A stretch of DNA of 64,000 nt from assembly GCA_902799385.1 (NCBI GenBank), contig CADCAK010000004.1, positions 7,448 to 71,447 of the forward strand. The letters are read 5' to 3'. The notes under the pieces were generated by a model. That model searched no databases. It saw only the letters and a program-made list of their open reading frames with translations, and was not told where the DNA came from. Position 1 is the first letter of the stretch, and every line of letters begins with the position of its first letter. The translations under genes and the position numbers were made by a program. Shown piece after piece: positions 21,854 through 31,800 of this stretch. This DNA is from an uncultured bacterium (GTDB lineage: Bacteria > Verrucomicrobiota > Kiritimatiellia > RFP12 > UBA1067).

Positions 21854-22891
21854 ATGAACGCAATCAAGAACATCATTGAAAAGGCCTCGAAGCTGAACGG
21901 AACGGTCGTCCTGCCCGAGGGCATGGACCCGCGCGTCATAACCGCCGCATGCGCTTGCGTAGACCGCAAGATCGCGACGCCCGTCGTCCTCGGCACTCCC
22001 GAGGAAATCGCCGCCGCAGAGCAGACGGCCAAGCTGAGCTTGGCCGAACGCGGCATCAAGACGATCGACTACACGCAAGGCGACGCGGAGCTCGAAGCTG
22101 CGTACCTCGAGGCGTGGAACGCCAAGGAGTCGAAGAAGCCCGCCGAGAAGCAGAAGATCATTGACCTCGCTGCGGCGCAGAAGACTCTTCGCACGAAGCG
22201 CATCTACTTCGGCGGCATGATGGTGAAGCTCGGCCGCGTCAACGGCCTTGTCGCCGGTTCCATCGCGTCGACTGGCGACATGCTTCGCGCGGCTTTCCAC
22301 ACGCTCGGCACCCAGAAGGGCGTCAAGACGGCGTCGAGCTGCTTTATCCTCGATCTCAAGACCCCGACGGCGTCGGGCGACGAAGTGCTCGCGTTCGGCG
22401 ACTGCGCGGTTATTCCCGATCCGACGGCCGAGCAGCTCGTCGACATTGGCCTCGCCACGGCGCAGACGTACCGCGACCTCACCGGCAAGGAGCCGCGTGT
22501 TGCGTACCTCTCGTTCTCCACGAAGGGCTCCGCTGCGGGTCCGCTCGTCGAGAAGGTCCAGAAGGCCGTCGAGCTCGCGAAGCCCCGCTTCGAGGAAGCC
22601 GGCATCAAGATGGACGGCGAGTTGCAGTTCGACGCGGCGATCGTCCCAGCGACCGGCAGGCAGAAGAACCCGAACGGCGCCGTGCAGGGCGACGCGAACG
22701 TCTTCATCTTCCCCGACCTCAACGCAGGCAATATCGGCTACAAGATCGCGCAGAGGATTGGCGGCGCCGACGCCATCGGGCCGAACCTCCAGGGGCTTGC
22801 CAAGGCGATGAACGACCTCTCGCGCGGCTGCTCCGCCGAGGACATCGTTGGAACCATCTGTGTAACATTGCTGCAGTCAACAACTAAGTGA
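21854..22891 (+). CDS. pta: Phosphate acetyltransferase (short PTA type)
   Basis: Motifs VVLPEG.D.R, GDCAV.PDP, LSFSTKGSA, DGELQFDAA, FPDLNAGNIGYK and NDLSRGC. Adjacent to ackA. Confidence 0.95.
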   Translation: MNAIKNIIEKASKLNGTVVLPEGMDPRVITAACACVDRKIATPVVLGTPEEIAAAEQTAKLSLAERGIKTIDYTQGDAELEAAYLEAWNAKESKKPAEKQKIIDLAAAQKTLRTKRIYFGGMMVKLGRVNGLVAGSIASTGDMLRAAFHTLGTQKGVKTASSCFILDLKTPTASGDEVLAFGDCAVIPDPTAEQLVDIGLATAQTYRDLTGKEPRVAYLSFSTKGSAAGPLVEKVQKAVELAKPRFEEAGIKMDGELQFDAAIVPATGRQKNPNGAVQGDANVFIFPDLNAGNIGYKIAQRIGGADAIGPNLQGLAKAMNDLSRGCSAEDIVGTICVTLLQSTTK

Positions 22892-22900
22892 ACATGTTTA

Positions 22901-23013
22901 TTAGCCACAAAGAACACAAAGAGCACAAAGGGTGTTGGAGCTGGGGTTGCACCCCAGACCCCGTGCGCCGTATGGCGCACCTCTATGTGAACTTTGTGAC
23001 CCTTTGTGGCTAA
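22901..23013. repeat. MITE/REP-like element, copy B (113 nt), inverted relative to copy A
   Basis: Same TIRs as copy A. The core is the reverse complement of copy A with a few substitutions and one extra 9-nt CACAAAGAG unit. Confidence 0.85.
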
Positions 23014-23051
23014 AACTAATGTGGCTAAAACCGTGTAAAACCTAAACGACC

Positions 23052-24203
23052 ATGACTGACAACAAGATGATCGAGCGCGCGAAGCAAGTCTTCGCGGTGG
23101 AGATCGAGGGCCTTGAGAAGACCCGCGACTCCCTCGGCGCGTCTTTTGTCAAGGCGGTCCGGCTCATTCTCGACACCGTCTCGGACGGCGGCATCGTCGT
23201 CGTCACCGGCGTCGGCAAGAACCTGCACATCGCCGAGAAGATGAGCGCCATCTTCTCGTCGACTGGCACGCGCTCGATCGTCCTCAACCCCGTGCAGGCG
23301 ATGCACGGCGACCTCGGCATGGTCTCCGCTAAGGACGTACTTGTCGCGCTCAGCTTCTCGGGCGAGTCGGCCGAGGTGAACAACCTGATACCCGCGATCC
23401 GCCGCCACGGGCTCAAGGTCATCTCGATGACCGGCCGCCCCGACTCGACGCTCGCGCAGATGAGCGACTTGCATCTCGAGATTCCGTGCGGCAAGGAGGC
23501 GTGTCCGTTCGGCATGGCGCCGACGAACTCGACGACGGCCACGATGGCGATGGGCGACGCGCTCGCGATGGTGATGATTGACGCGCAGAAGTTCCCGGTC
23601 GAGGACTATGCGATGAATCATCCGGCGGGAGCGATCGGCAGGGCGCTTGTCATGAAGGTGACGGACGTCATGCGCGCGGGCGAGCGGCTCGCGAAGGTCG
23701 GTCCGGAGGCGACGGTGCTTGATGCGCTGATGGCGATGACGAAGGCGCAGGGCGGCAGTGCCGTTGTCGCAGATGCGGACGGCAAGCTGCTTGGTATCTT
23801 CACCGACGGCGACTTCCGCCGGCTGATGAGTGAGAGGGTGCTTTCGCCTGCGGCGGGTGCTTCTGCGGCTTCGCACCCCTCTAGCGACTGCTTGCGCGGT
23901 TCGCTTCGCTCGGGGGATATGCTAGTGCCTTCGCGCGGCAAAGCCGCGCTAGTGCAAGGTGCTGACACCAAGCACCAAGCACCAAACACCAGCGAAGCGC
24001 AGGCACCAAGCACCATCTTAAAAGACCCTATCTCCCTCTACATGACAAAGACTCCGCTTTTCGTCCGCGACGACGTGTACGCGGCGGAGCTTCTCAAGAT
24101 CTTCGAAAGGAAGCGCATCGACGACCTGCCGGTGTGCGACGCGTCCGGTCGGGTGGTCGGGCTCGTGGACATTCAGGACCTTCCCAAGATGAAGGTCCTC
24201 TGA
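23052..24203 (+). CDS. kdsD: KpsF/GutQ family arabinose-5-phosphate isomerase (SIS + 2 CBS) carrying an in-frame repeat insertion
   Basis: Motifs TGVGK..HIA.K, A.HGDLG, S.SGES.E, EACP..MAPT.STT, HPAG.IG and GIFTDGD.RR, with CBS domains. About 60 extra residues lie between the CBS domains. Confidence 0.88.
   Translation: MTDNKMIERAKQVFAVEIEGLEKTRDSLGASFVKAVRLILDTVSDGGIVVVTGVGKNLHIAEKMSAIFSSTGTRSIVLNPVQAMHGDLGMVSAKDVLVALSFSGESAEVNNLIPAIRRHGLKVISMTGRPDSTLAQMSDLHLEIPCGKEACPFGMAPTNSTTATMAMGDALAMVMIDAQKFPVEDYAMNHPAGAIGRALVMKVTDVMRAGERLAKVGPEATVLDALMAMTKAQGGSAVVADADGKLLGIFTDGDFRRLMSERVLSPAAGASAASHPSSDCLRGSLRSGDMLVPSRGKAALVQGADTKHQAPNTSEAQAPSTILKDPISLYMTKTPLFVRDDVYAAELLKIFERKRIDDLPVCDASGRVVGLVDIQDLPKMKVL
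23837..24014 (+). mobile_element. Intragenic coding palindromic element, copy 1 (in kdsD)
   Basis: Shares a ~125-nt core with three other copies. Bounded by GGTGCTT...AAGCACC. Translates as [42 protein letters not shown]... Confidence 0.85.
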
Positions 24204-24235
24204 TACAGTAGGCACCTTAAGAAAGGAACGAGAAA

Positions 24236-24943
24236 ATGAACAGGAAAATCGTGATGATGACGGCGACGGCCCTCGCGGCCGCAGTGGCGTTCGCGGCCCC
24301 CAGGTCCTCCAGGAAGGCCCCGGCCGCCGCCGGAGGCGACGACGCGCCCACAACCGGTAAGGAGGCGAAGATACTCATCGACCAGTTCCCGAAGCTCGGT
24401 CGCCAGTCCACGCTCGCGGCGCCGTCGCTCCAGGGCAGCTCCATCGTCGGCAAGTGCTACGCGAAGCCGAGGAGCTGGATCGTCCTTGAGACGAAGTACA
24501 CGACTTTCGTGAAGTGGCAGGACCAGCTCACATTCACGTGGCACGTCCTCCTCGAGACGAAGAGCGCGCCGGAGAACAAGGGCAACAAGGAAGGCCTCGC
24601 GCCCTACTCCTATTTCACGACCGCTGTGACCTACCAGAACATCCCGCAGGGCTCGCACGCGGCTTCCGTGTGCCTGCACCCCAGCTACCTTGAGCGCTTC
24701 GGCGAGGCCAAGGCCGTCGGCCTCGTCATTACCAACGCGAAGGGCGAGGTGCTGCAGGGCGACAGCGACGGCACGGTAGGACCCATCAAACCACACACGA
24801 AGTGGTGGGACGACCAGAAGATCATGAACGACCAGCAGGCCGACGGCAAGCCGACCATCGAGCGCCGTCAGGGCCTGACGGACCGCTCCAAGACGATCTG
24901 GGCGCTTGTCAACCCGAACGACTACGAGCAGGTTGCGCAGTAA
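24236..24943 (+). CDS. Exported protein, Amuc_1102-like pilus-cluster protein
   Basis: Signal peptide (MNRKIV..ALAAAVAFA) and an AGAAAGGA RBS. First gene of a five-gene cluster ending in a secretin. The family call rests on synteny and recalled motif similarity. Confidence 0.55.
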   Translation: MNRKIVMMTATALAAAVAFAAPRSSRKAPAAAGGDDAPTTGKEAKILIDQFPKLGRQSTLAAPSLQGSSIVGKCYAKPRSWIVLETKYTTFVKWQDQLTFTWHVLLETKSAPENKGNKEGLAPYSYFTTAVTYQNIPQGSHAASVCLHPSYLERFGEAKAVGLVITNAKGEVLQGDSDGTVGPIKPHTKWWDDQKIMNDQQADGKPTIERRQGLTDRSKTIWALVNPNDYEQVAQ

Positions 24944-25036
24944 TTTAGTTAGGTAGTTGGGTAGTTAGGTAGTTCCAGCCACCAAACCACTTAACCACCA
25001 AACTACTAAACCACTAAACCACCAAACTACTAAACC
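24944..25036. repeat. Inverted pair of 8-nt tandem arrays (TRGGTAGT x3 facing AACYACYA x7) upstream of the pilM-like gene
   Basis: Left arm TAGGTAGT/TGGGTAGT/TAGGTAGT. Right arm AGCCACCA AACCACTT AACCACCA AACTACTA AACCACTA AACCACCA AACTACTA. Confidence 0.85.
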
Positions 25037-25040
25037 AGGA

Positions 25041-26666
25041 ATGGCTAAACGATACTTAACACTCGACATCGGCGCTTCCTCGGTGAAGCTGGCCGAGTAC
25101 GAAGGCGGCAAGGGCGGGCTTACGCTCGTCAACTACGGCGTCGCCGCGCTTGCTGCGCCGCTTGACGCAGGCAACGCCGGTGCGCTCCTTTCGCCGGCGC
25201 TTCTTGAGATCGTCCGCGAGAAGGGCATCAGGCCGGGACCCGTCGCCGTCTCGATTTCGGGGCAGATGGTGTTCCCGCGCTTCGCGTCCATCGCCGCCGC
25301 CGGCGGCGCGGAGAGGTTCGACCAGATGGTCCGCTTCGAGATCGAGCAGAACATACCGTTCCCGATCGACGAGATGATCTGCGACCGCCAGATCCTCGGC
25401 GACAACGAGAACGGCGAGAAGAACGTGATGATCGTCGCCGCGAAGACCGACCAGGTCGAGGATATCGCCGCCGCCATACGCGGCGCCGGGTTCACGCCGG
25501 ACATCGTCGACGTCGCCCCGATAGCCGTCACCAACGTGTTGCGCTACTCCGGCGCGGCCGACGTCGGGTGCTGCGTCGTCCTCGACATCGGCTCCAAGAC
25601 GACCTCCCTCGTGATCGCCGACGGCGACAAGTTGTACAACCGCTCGATCCCTGTCGCGGGCAACACCGTCACCAAGGAGATAGCCTCCGCGCTTGGCTGC
25701 ACTGCCGAGGAGGCCGAGGCGTACAAGCGCGAGAACGCGTACGTCGCGCTCGGCGGCGTGGTTGAAGACGAGGACGAGACGCGCGACCGCGTCTCAAAGG
25801 TGTGCCGCGCCGTGATGACGCGCCTGCACGCCGAGGTGTCGCGCTCAATTAACTTCTACCGCTCGCAGCAGGGCGGCAGCGTCCCCGTGAAGCTCTACAT
25901 CACGGGCGGTACGGCGATTCTCCCGCAGCTCGACCGCTTCTTCGCGGAGAGCCTGCAGCTCGAAGTCGAGTACGTAAACCCGTTCGACGTCGTGGGCGTG
26001 GGCCCCAAGGTCGACGCGGCGGCCCTCGAAGCCGACGTGGCCGTCCTTCCGGCGACGGCGGGTCTCGCGGTCCATGCGGCCGGCCTCGCCGCGTTCTCAA
26101 TCAACCTACTGCCGCCATCGCTCCTGAAGGAGCGCGCCGACGTCGCGAGGATTCCGTTCGTCGCCATCGGCTCCGCCGCGCTCGTCGCGGCCCTGGCGCT
26201 CGTGATGCTCTCGGCTCGCCGCGGCGCCGCCGAGGCCGAGGCCGAGAGCGCCGCCGTGTCGTCCGAGGTGTCGCGCCTCAGGTCTGCGGAGTCGAAGGTC
26301 AAGGAGGCCGCCGCCGTTGAGCGGCGCGAGACCGAGAGGGCCGATGCCTTCAGGCGGCTGTTCGACCGCCGCGCGTCCGCCGTCCGGAAGATCTCCGCCG
26401 TCCGCACCGCTCTCGGCAGCGAGATGTGGATAGAGAAGTGGGAGGGCGACCGCATAACGGTGCGCGGCTGGTCCGACGACCTGAAGACGCTCGTCTCCCG
26501 CACCAAGACCGGCGGCTCCACCGCCGCACAGATAATCGAGGCGCGGCTCAAGGGCTCGCCCGATGTGTCGTCCGTAAAGATCGAGTCGATGACTGACGTC
26601 GGCAAGGACGCCGCGCTCAAGCAGATCGTCATCGTCGTCAAGTTCGGGAAGGAAGAAGCGCGATGA
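25041..26666 (+). CDS. pilM: PilM-like actin-fold assembly protein fused to a PilN-like segment (Amuc_1101-like)
   Basis: Motifs LDIGASSVKL, E.EQ.IPFPIDE, LDIGSKTT.L, RSINFY and TGG, then INLLP, a TM helix and a coiled coil. Confidence 0.8.
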   Translation: MAKRYLTLDIGASSVKLAEYEGGKGGLTLVNYGVAALAAPLDAGNAGALLSPALLEIVREKGIRPGPVAVSISGQMVFPRFASIAAAGGAERFDQMVRFEIEQNIPFPIDEMICDRQILGDNENGEKNVMIVAAKTDQVEDIAAAIRGAGFTPDIVDVAPIAVTNVLRYSGAADVGCCVVLDIGSKTTSLVIADGDKLYNRSIPVAGNTVTKEIASALGCTAEEAEAYKRENAYVALGGVVEDEDETRDRVSKVCRAVMTRLHAEVSRSINFYRSQQGGSVPVKLYITGGTAILPQLDRFFAESLQLEVEYVNPFDVVGVGPKVDAAALEADVAVLPATAGLAVHAAGLAAFSINLLPPSLLKERADVARIPFVAIGSAALVAALALVMLSARRGAAEAEAESAAVSSEVSRLRSAESKVKEAAAVERRETERADAFRRLFDRRASAVRKISAVRTALGSEMWIEKWEGDRITVRGWSDDLKTLVSRTKTGGSTAAQIIEARLKGSPDVSSVKIESMTDVGKDAALKQIVIVVKFGKEEAR

Positions 26667-27712
26667 ACATGTCAAGGTACCAGATAACAATGCTCGCGAC
26701 GGGCGGCGCTGCGCTCGTCGTCTCGGCTGCGCTCGGGGTTCTGGCGTTCAGCGCCTACTCGGCGAAGTCCGAGGCGGCTGAGGCGGCTGAAGGCGATTCC
26801 GCCGCCGTGCGTTCGCTGCTCGGCTCGGCCATAAGCCCCGACGCCGCCAGCGTCGCGGCCATCAACAAGAACCGCGACGCGCTCGCCGGATGGACGGAGG
26901 CCGCGATCTCCACGGCCTCCGCCGGCGACCGGAAGATCGACGCCGACGTCAACGAGGCCGCGCTCAAGCAGAAGCTCGTGGACGAGGCCCGCACGATGGC
27001 GGCCCTCCCGGGCGGCGTGGACGGCAGGATCATGAAGGACGTCTCCGCGTTCGGCTTCCCCGAGTTCGTGACCGGCGACAAGCTGCCGGAGAAGGACCAG
27101 CTCCCGCGCCTGCAGCGCCTTTGGGGCGATGTCTGCACACTTGTCGAGACGCTTTCGGACTGCGGTGTAGTCGAGATCGTCCGCATCGCGCCCGCCGTAG
27201 CGAAGCAGCCCGATCCGGCGGCCGAGGCGAAGGAATCCAGGGGGTCGCGTAACCGCAGGAGGAAGGACGCCGCCGAGGAGAAGCCCGCGTATACCGAGGA
27301 GAAGTACTCTATCGAGTTCCGCGCGAAGCCGGCGGCGCTCGTCAAGGTCGTCAACGCGCTTGCGACGTCCCAGCGCTTCGTCGTCCTGGACTCGATCGAC
27401 TTCGCCCGCGAGGGGGACATGATTGGCAAGGCGCTCGGCGAGGGCGAGAAGAGGGGCGCGGACGAGAAGCAGTCCGCTAAGCCGAGGCGCAGGCGCCGCA
27501 GCGAGGCCGAGCAGGAGTTCGGCGAAGCGGCGGCGGCGGAAGATGCGGACAATGGCATCGTGAACGACCCCGCGAAGGAGGCACCGTTCCTCGTCAAGGC
27601 CACTGTCTCTACCTACGACTTCGGCTTCGCCGCGCAGGCGTCCGCCGGCGGGAACCAGGAAGCCATGCCCGACGAGGGCGAGGGCGCCAAGGCAAAGGAG
27701 GGTGAGGAATGA
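26663..27712 (+). CDS. PilO-like membrane-anchored protein (Amuc_1100-like)
   Basis: N-terminal TM helix and coiled coil, FGF.EF..G..LP motif, PilO-like C-terminal F.A.P..L..VVN.L. ATGA overlap with pilM and syntenic position of Amuc_1100. Confidence 0.6.
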   Translation: MNMSRYQITMLATGGAALVVSAALGVLAFSAYSAKSEAAEAAEGDSAAVRSLLGSAISPDAASVAAINKNRDALAGWTEAAISTASAGDRKIDADVNEAALKQKLVDEARTMAALPGGVDGRIMKDVSAFGFPEFVTGDKLPEKDQLPRLQRLWGDVCTLVETLSDCGVVEIVRIAPAVAKQPDPAAEAKESRGSRNRRRKDAAEEKPAYTEEKYSIEFRAKPAALVKVVNALATSQRFVVLDSIDFAREGDMIGKALGEGEKRGADEKQSAKPRRRRRSEAEQEFGEAAAAEDADNGIVNDPAKEAPFLVKATVSTYDFGFAAQASAGGNQEAMPDEGEGAKAKEGEE

Positions 27713-28794
27713 TTTCCAGGAATTCCGGAGGCGGCTTCTTTGCCGCGCATTGGGACTGGGCCGTAGCTGCGGCCGGAGTTGTGGCGCTTGTCGCCGGCGC
27801 GGCGCTATTCGCGCTGTCGGGCGGTGGCGACCCCGAGGAGAACGCCGCCGACGTCGTGAACCGCCTTAAGTCGGCGAAGAGGTCCGACACGGGCGTGAAG
27901 CCCGTGGAGATGGCGCCTTACGAGCGCGCGCTCCAGTTCGCGGCCAAGCCGCTGCAGGTCGCCGGGGTGGACGACGTAGCTGGGAACTTCCTCGTCTCGG
28001 GGCCGCGCGTGTTCTGCAAGTTCTGCAAGAAGCCGATCAAGGCTGGCGAGAAGGACTGCAAGTTCTGCGGCAAGGCACAGCCGGAGCCGGAGAAGGTCGT
28101 CGCCGACGCGGACGGAGACGGGCTTCCCGACGACTGGGAGAAGAAGCACGGCCTCGACGTCGCGAAGAACGACGCGGACGCGGACCCGGACGGCGACGGC
28201 TTCACCAACGCCGAGGAGTACGCGGCCGGCACCGACCCGTCCGACCGCAACTCCCATCCCGACTACCTGGATTCGCTCAGGATCGTCTTGCCGGCGAAGG
28301 AGACGGTGCTCCCGTTCTACCTGCGCTCGTACATGAAGACTCCGAACGGCATGAAGCTCGAGTTCTTCGACCCGAAGCGCCGCAACGACTACGGGCAGAA
28401 GGGCTACCGCTACTACGTCCTCGTCGGCGAGGCTATCGGCGACACGGGTTTCGTCGCCAAGTCGTTCGAGCAGAAGGAGAAGAAGGCCAAGATCAAGGGC
28501 TCGAACGTGGAGCGCTCGGTCGACGTTTCCGCCGCGACGATCGTGCGCAAGTCGGACGGCAAGGAGCTCGCGCTCGCGCTTGACGAAAAGCGCAAGCCCG
28601 TGGACGTCCAGGCGACGCTCGAATTCAGCCGAGGCGAGACGAAGACCTTCGACGTGGTGCCCGGCAAAATGATCGATCTATGTGGAAGCAAGTACAAGGT
28701 CGTGGGGGTGGAAAGCATCGGGAAGGGGGCGAAAGTCTCCCTCGAAGATCCGCTTCTCGGGAAAATTCGTGTAATCGAAGCCCTTGAACAGTGA
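27709..28794 (+). CDS. Amuc_1099-like protein: TM anchor, CxxC..CxxC zinc ribbon, DADGDG repeats
   Basis: Contains CKFC...CKFC and DADGDGLPDDWE...DPDGDGFTNAEEY..GTDP. Directly upstream of the secretin. Confidence 0.6.
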   Translation: MISRNSGGGFFAAHWDWAVAAAGVVALVAGAALFALSGGGDPEENAADVVNRLKSAKRSDTGVKPVEMAPYERALQFAAKPLQVAGVDDVAGNFLVSGPRVFCKFCKKPIKAGEKDCKFCGKAQPEPEKVVADADGDGLPDDWEKKHGLDVAKNDADADPDGDGFTNAEEYAAGTDPSDRNSHPDYLDSLRIVLPAKETVLPFYLRSYMKTPNGMKLEFFDPKRRNDYGQKGYRYYVLVGEAIGDTGFVAKSFEQKEKKAKIKGSNVERSVDVSAATIVRKSDGKELALALDEKRKPVDVQATLEFSRGETKTFDVVPGKMIDLCGSKYKVVGVESIGKGAKVSLEDPLLGKIRVIEALEQ

Positions 28795-28812
28795 AACGAA
28801 TTAGGATATAAT
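28784..28812 (+). promoter_or_regulatory. Putative sigma70 promoter for the secretin gene
   Basis: TTGAAC (28784-89), 17 nt spacer, TATAAT (28807-12). AGGAG RBS upstream of ATG 28845. Confidence 0.55.
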
Positions 28813-28844
28813 ACGCAATACAACTCATTAGGAGCAAGTTCGAT

Positions 28845-31800
28845 ATGAGGAACCTACGGAAATATGTCGCGTCAACGGCGGCCATCGCTTTCATTGTGCT
28901 CGGCCAGAGCATGAACGCCCAGGATGACCTTGATGACTTGTTGGCAGGTCTTGAGGGCGAAACCCCTCCGGCTGCCCCTGCCGCGCCTGCGCCCGCACCT
29001 GCGGTCGTTGAGCCTGCGCCTGCAGTCGAGGAGCCCGCGCCTGCGCCTGCAGTCGAAGAGCCCGCGCCTGCGGCCGAGGAGCCCGCGCCCGCAGTCGAGG
29101 AGCCCGCGCCTGTGCCTGCGGCCGAGGAGCCCGCGCCTGCGGCAGAGGAGCCCGCGCCCGCGCCCGCCGAGCCTGCACCCGCTGCGGCCGACGAGAAGGA
29201 TCTCAACGACACGCTCAACCTTCTCGACGAGCTTTCCGCCGAGGAGCCTGTCTCCAACGACAAGAGCGACGAGGCACCTGTCGCGCCTGCGCCCGCGCCT
29301 GCGGCCGAACAGCCCGCGCCAGCAGTCGAAGAGCCCGCGCCCGCCGCCGAGCCCGCGCCCGCGCCCGCCGCAAGGTCTGGGGCGCTGCAGCAGCACAAGG
29401 ACGGCCCGCTCATCGACGAGATACTGACGGTCGAGAAGCTGCGCCGCGAGGCGATGGACGTCCAGGCGATGCGCGAGATCCGCGAGGCTAAGGCGTCCAT
29501 GGCGAGCGGCGAGTATGTCGAGGCGGTCCGCCACTACGGCATTGCGATCAAGCTCCTCAACGACAGCCCCAAGGCAATGGAGTACAAGTCCATGTGCACC
29601 GCCGGCATCGCCGAGGGCCTCTACATGGCCGCCCTCGAAGAGGAGCGCACGGGCCGTCGCGAACGCGCGGTGAAGTACATGCAGAAGGCCGTTGACCTGC
29701 GCCACCCGAAGGCCCGCCGCCAGCTCGAGGCGTGGAACAGCACCGAGGATCCCGACGCCCACAAGACGGATGTCTCCGAGATTTCGCACCGCCGCAACGA
29801 TGCCGAGTACAAGACGATCCGCGAAGCGGAGCGCCGCCACCTCAAGCGCGCCCGCCACTTCCTCGCGCAGCGCGAGCTCGACCGCGCCCTCGACGAATGC
29901 GAGCTCGTCCTGCTCAAGGATCCGTACAACCAGGAGGCGCTGCGCCTTAGGGATTCCATCATGCGCAAGCGTGAGGTGATTCTCGCGCAGGAGCGCGAGA
30001 CGGCGCGCAAGGGATGGATAACCGACGTTGACAAGTCGTGGCGGCCGCCCTACGCGGTCAACGCCTCCGCCCGCGAGGAGAAGAAGGGCGAGACGGTTCC
30101 GCGTGAAACCGGCCCCGGCGCGGAGACCACCATCGAGCAGCAGATCGTCCAGCGCATGAAGGCCATGCGCCTCCCGGCGATCTCGTTCAAGCCGCCGGCG
30201 ACGATCATCGACGCCGTCGAGTACTTCCGCGGCGCATCCAAGGACTTCGACGACCCTGCGCGTCCCATCGAGCAGCGCGGCTTCAACTTCGTCCTCAAGA
30301 CGCCCGAGGCCGTCCGCATGCAGCCCGTCGCGGCGGCCGGCGACGACGCCGACGACTTCTCCGACACCGGCTCCGCCGACGCGGCGGCCGGCGGGCCGCT
30401 CGGCGTGCCCGTGATCCCGATGATCACCGCGAGCGACATCACGTTCTACGACGCGCTGAAGCTCGTCTGCGAGTCCGTCGAGTACAAGTTCTCGGTGCAG
30501 GGCCCGATCGTCATGGTCATGCACAAGGACATGTCCACCGAAGAGCTAGTCACCCGCTCGTTCCCCGTGCTGTCGTCCTTCACCGAGAAGATGGGCAGCG
30601 CCAAGGAGGACATCACGACGATGCGCGCCAGCGGCGGCAGCGGGTTCGGCGGCGGTTCGCGCAAGAACGACGAAGGCGAGGAGAACGAGGAGAGGGACTG
30701 GAAGGAGTTCTTCTCGCTCCTGGGCGTCAAGTGGCCCGAGGGTAGCTCGATCTTCTACGTCAAGACGGTCGGCCGCCTCTTCGTCAAGAACACCCAGGAC
30801 AACCTCGCCGAGTTCGAGAACGTCCTCGCCCAGCTCAACCAGCAGGTCACGCTCGTCGAGATTGAGACGAGGTTCATTGAGGTCTGCCAGGACGACCTGA
30901 GCTCGCTCGGCTTCGAGTGGATACTCAACAGCGACTACTCCATTGGCCTCAATAAGCACATTGCCAAGGCGCTCGGCGTGCGCGGCGGCGGTTGGGGCCT
31001 TAGGGGCGGCAACGCCGACAACGCCCACACCTACAGGACCTCGTCCACGTACGATTCGTCCGACACCCTAGGCACGTCCTCGTCCCGCGAGTACAGCACC
31101 GACACTCTTATCCAGAATGGCGGCACGCCCAGCACGGTGTCCTCGGACAGGAGGGTGTCGTCGCTCAGTTCGCTGTTCTCTGAGCAGGGTGGCAGCACCG
31201 TGTCGCGCTCCGACACGTACAGCCGCACGATGTACGACCGCTCCACCGGGGCGGACTGGATCAGCACCGGCGGTCGCCGCACCATCGGTGCCAACGCGAT
31301 CCAGGGCGTAAGCGACTTCGGCGACGCCTCCAACATCAGCGGGGTTTATTCGACGGGGCAGCGCTACCTCTCGACGCTCAACAACCACATTTCCGGCCAG
31401 GGTAGCGCCTACAACGATCAGTTCGTGAAGCTCAACGCGTTCCTCGGCTCGGCGGACCTCTCGATGATCCTGCACATGCTCGCGCAGCGTAGCGACACCG
31501 ACCTCCTCTCCGCGCCGAAGGTGCTTACGCGTCCCGGCGAGGAGGCAGTCATGAAGGTCGTCACGGAGTACATCTACCCGACCGACTACGACGTGCAGCT
31601 CCAGTCGAGCTCTTCGAGCGGCAGCAGCTACGGCGGTAGCCAGTCGGCGATTCTCGCCGTCGTCGAGCCCCAGAGCTTCACGATGCGCGAAGTGGGTGTC
31701 ATCCTCCAAGTCACGCCGACGCTGACCGACGACGGCAACGTGGTGGACCTCGAGCTCAACACGCAGGTAGTGGACGAGCCGACGTGGAAGAACTACGGCA

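Noticed and set aside
24944-25036. CRISPR array
   Set aside because: These are 8-nt tandem units with no unique spacers. No cas genes and no repeat-spacer array were seen anywhere in the window.
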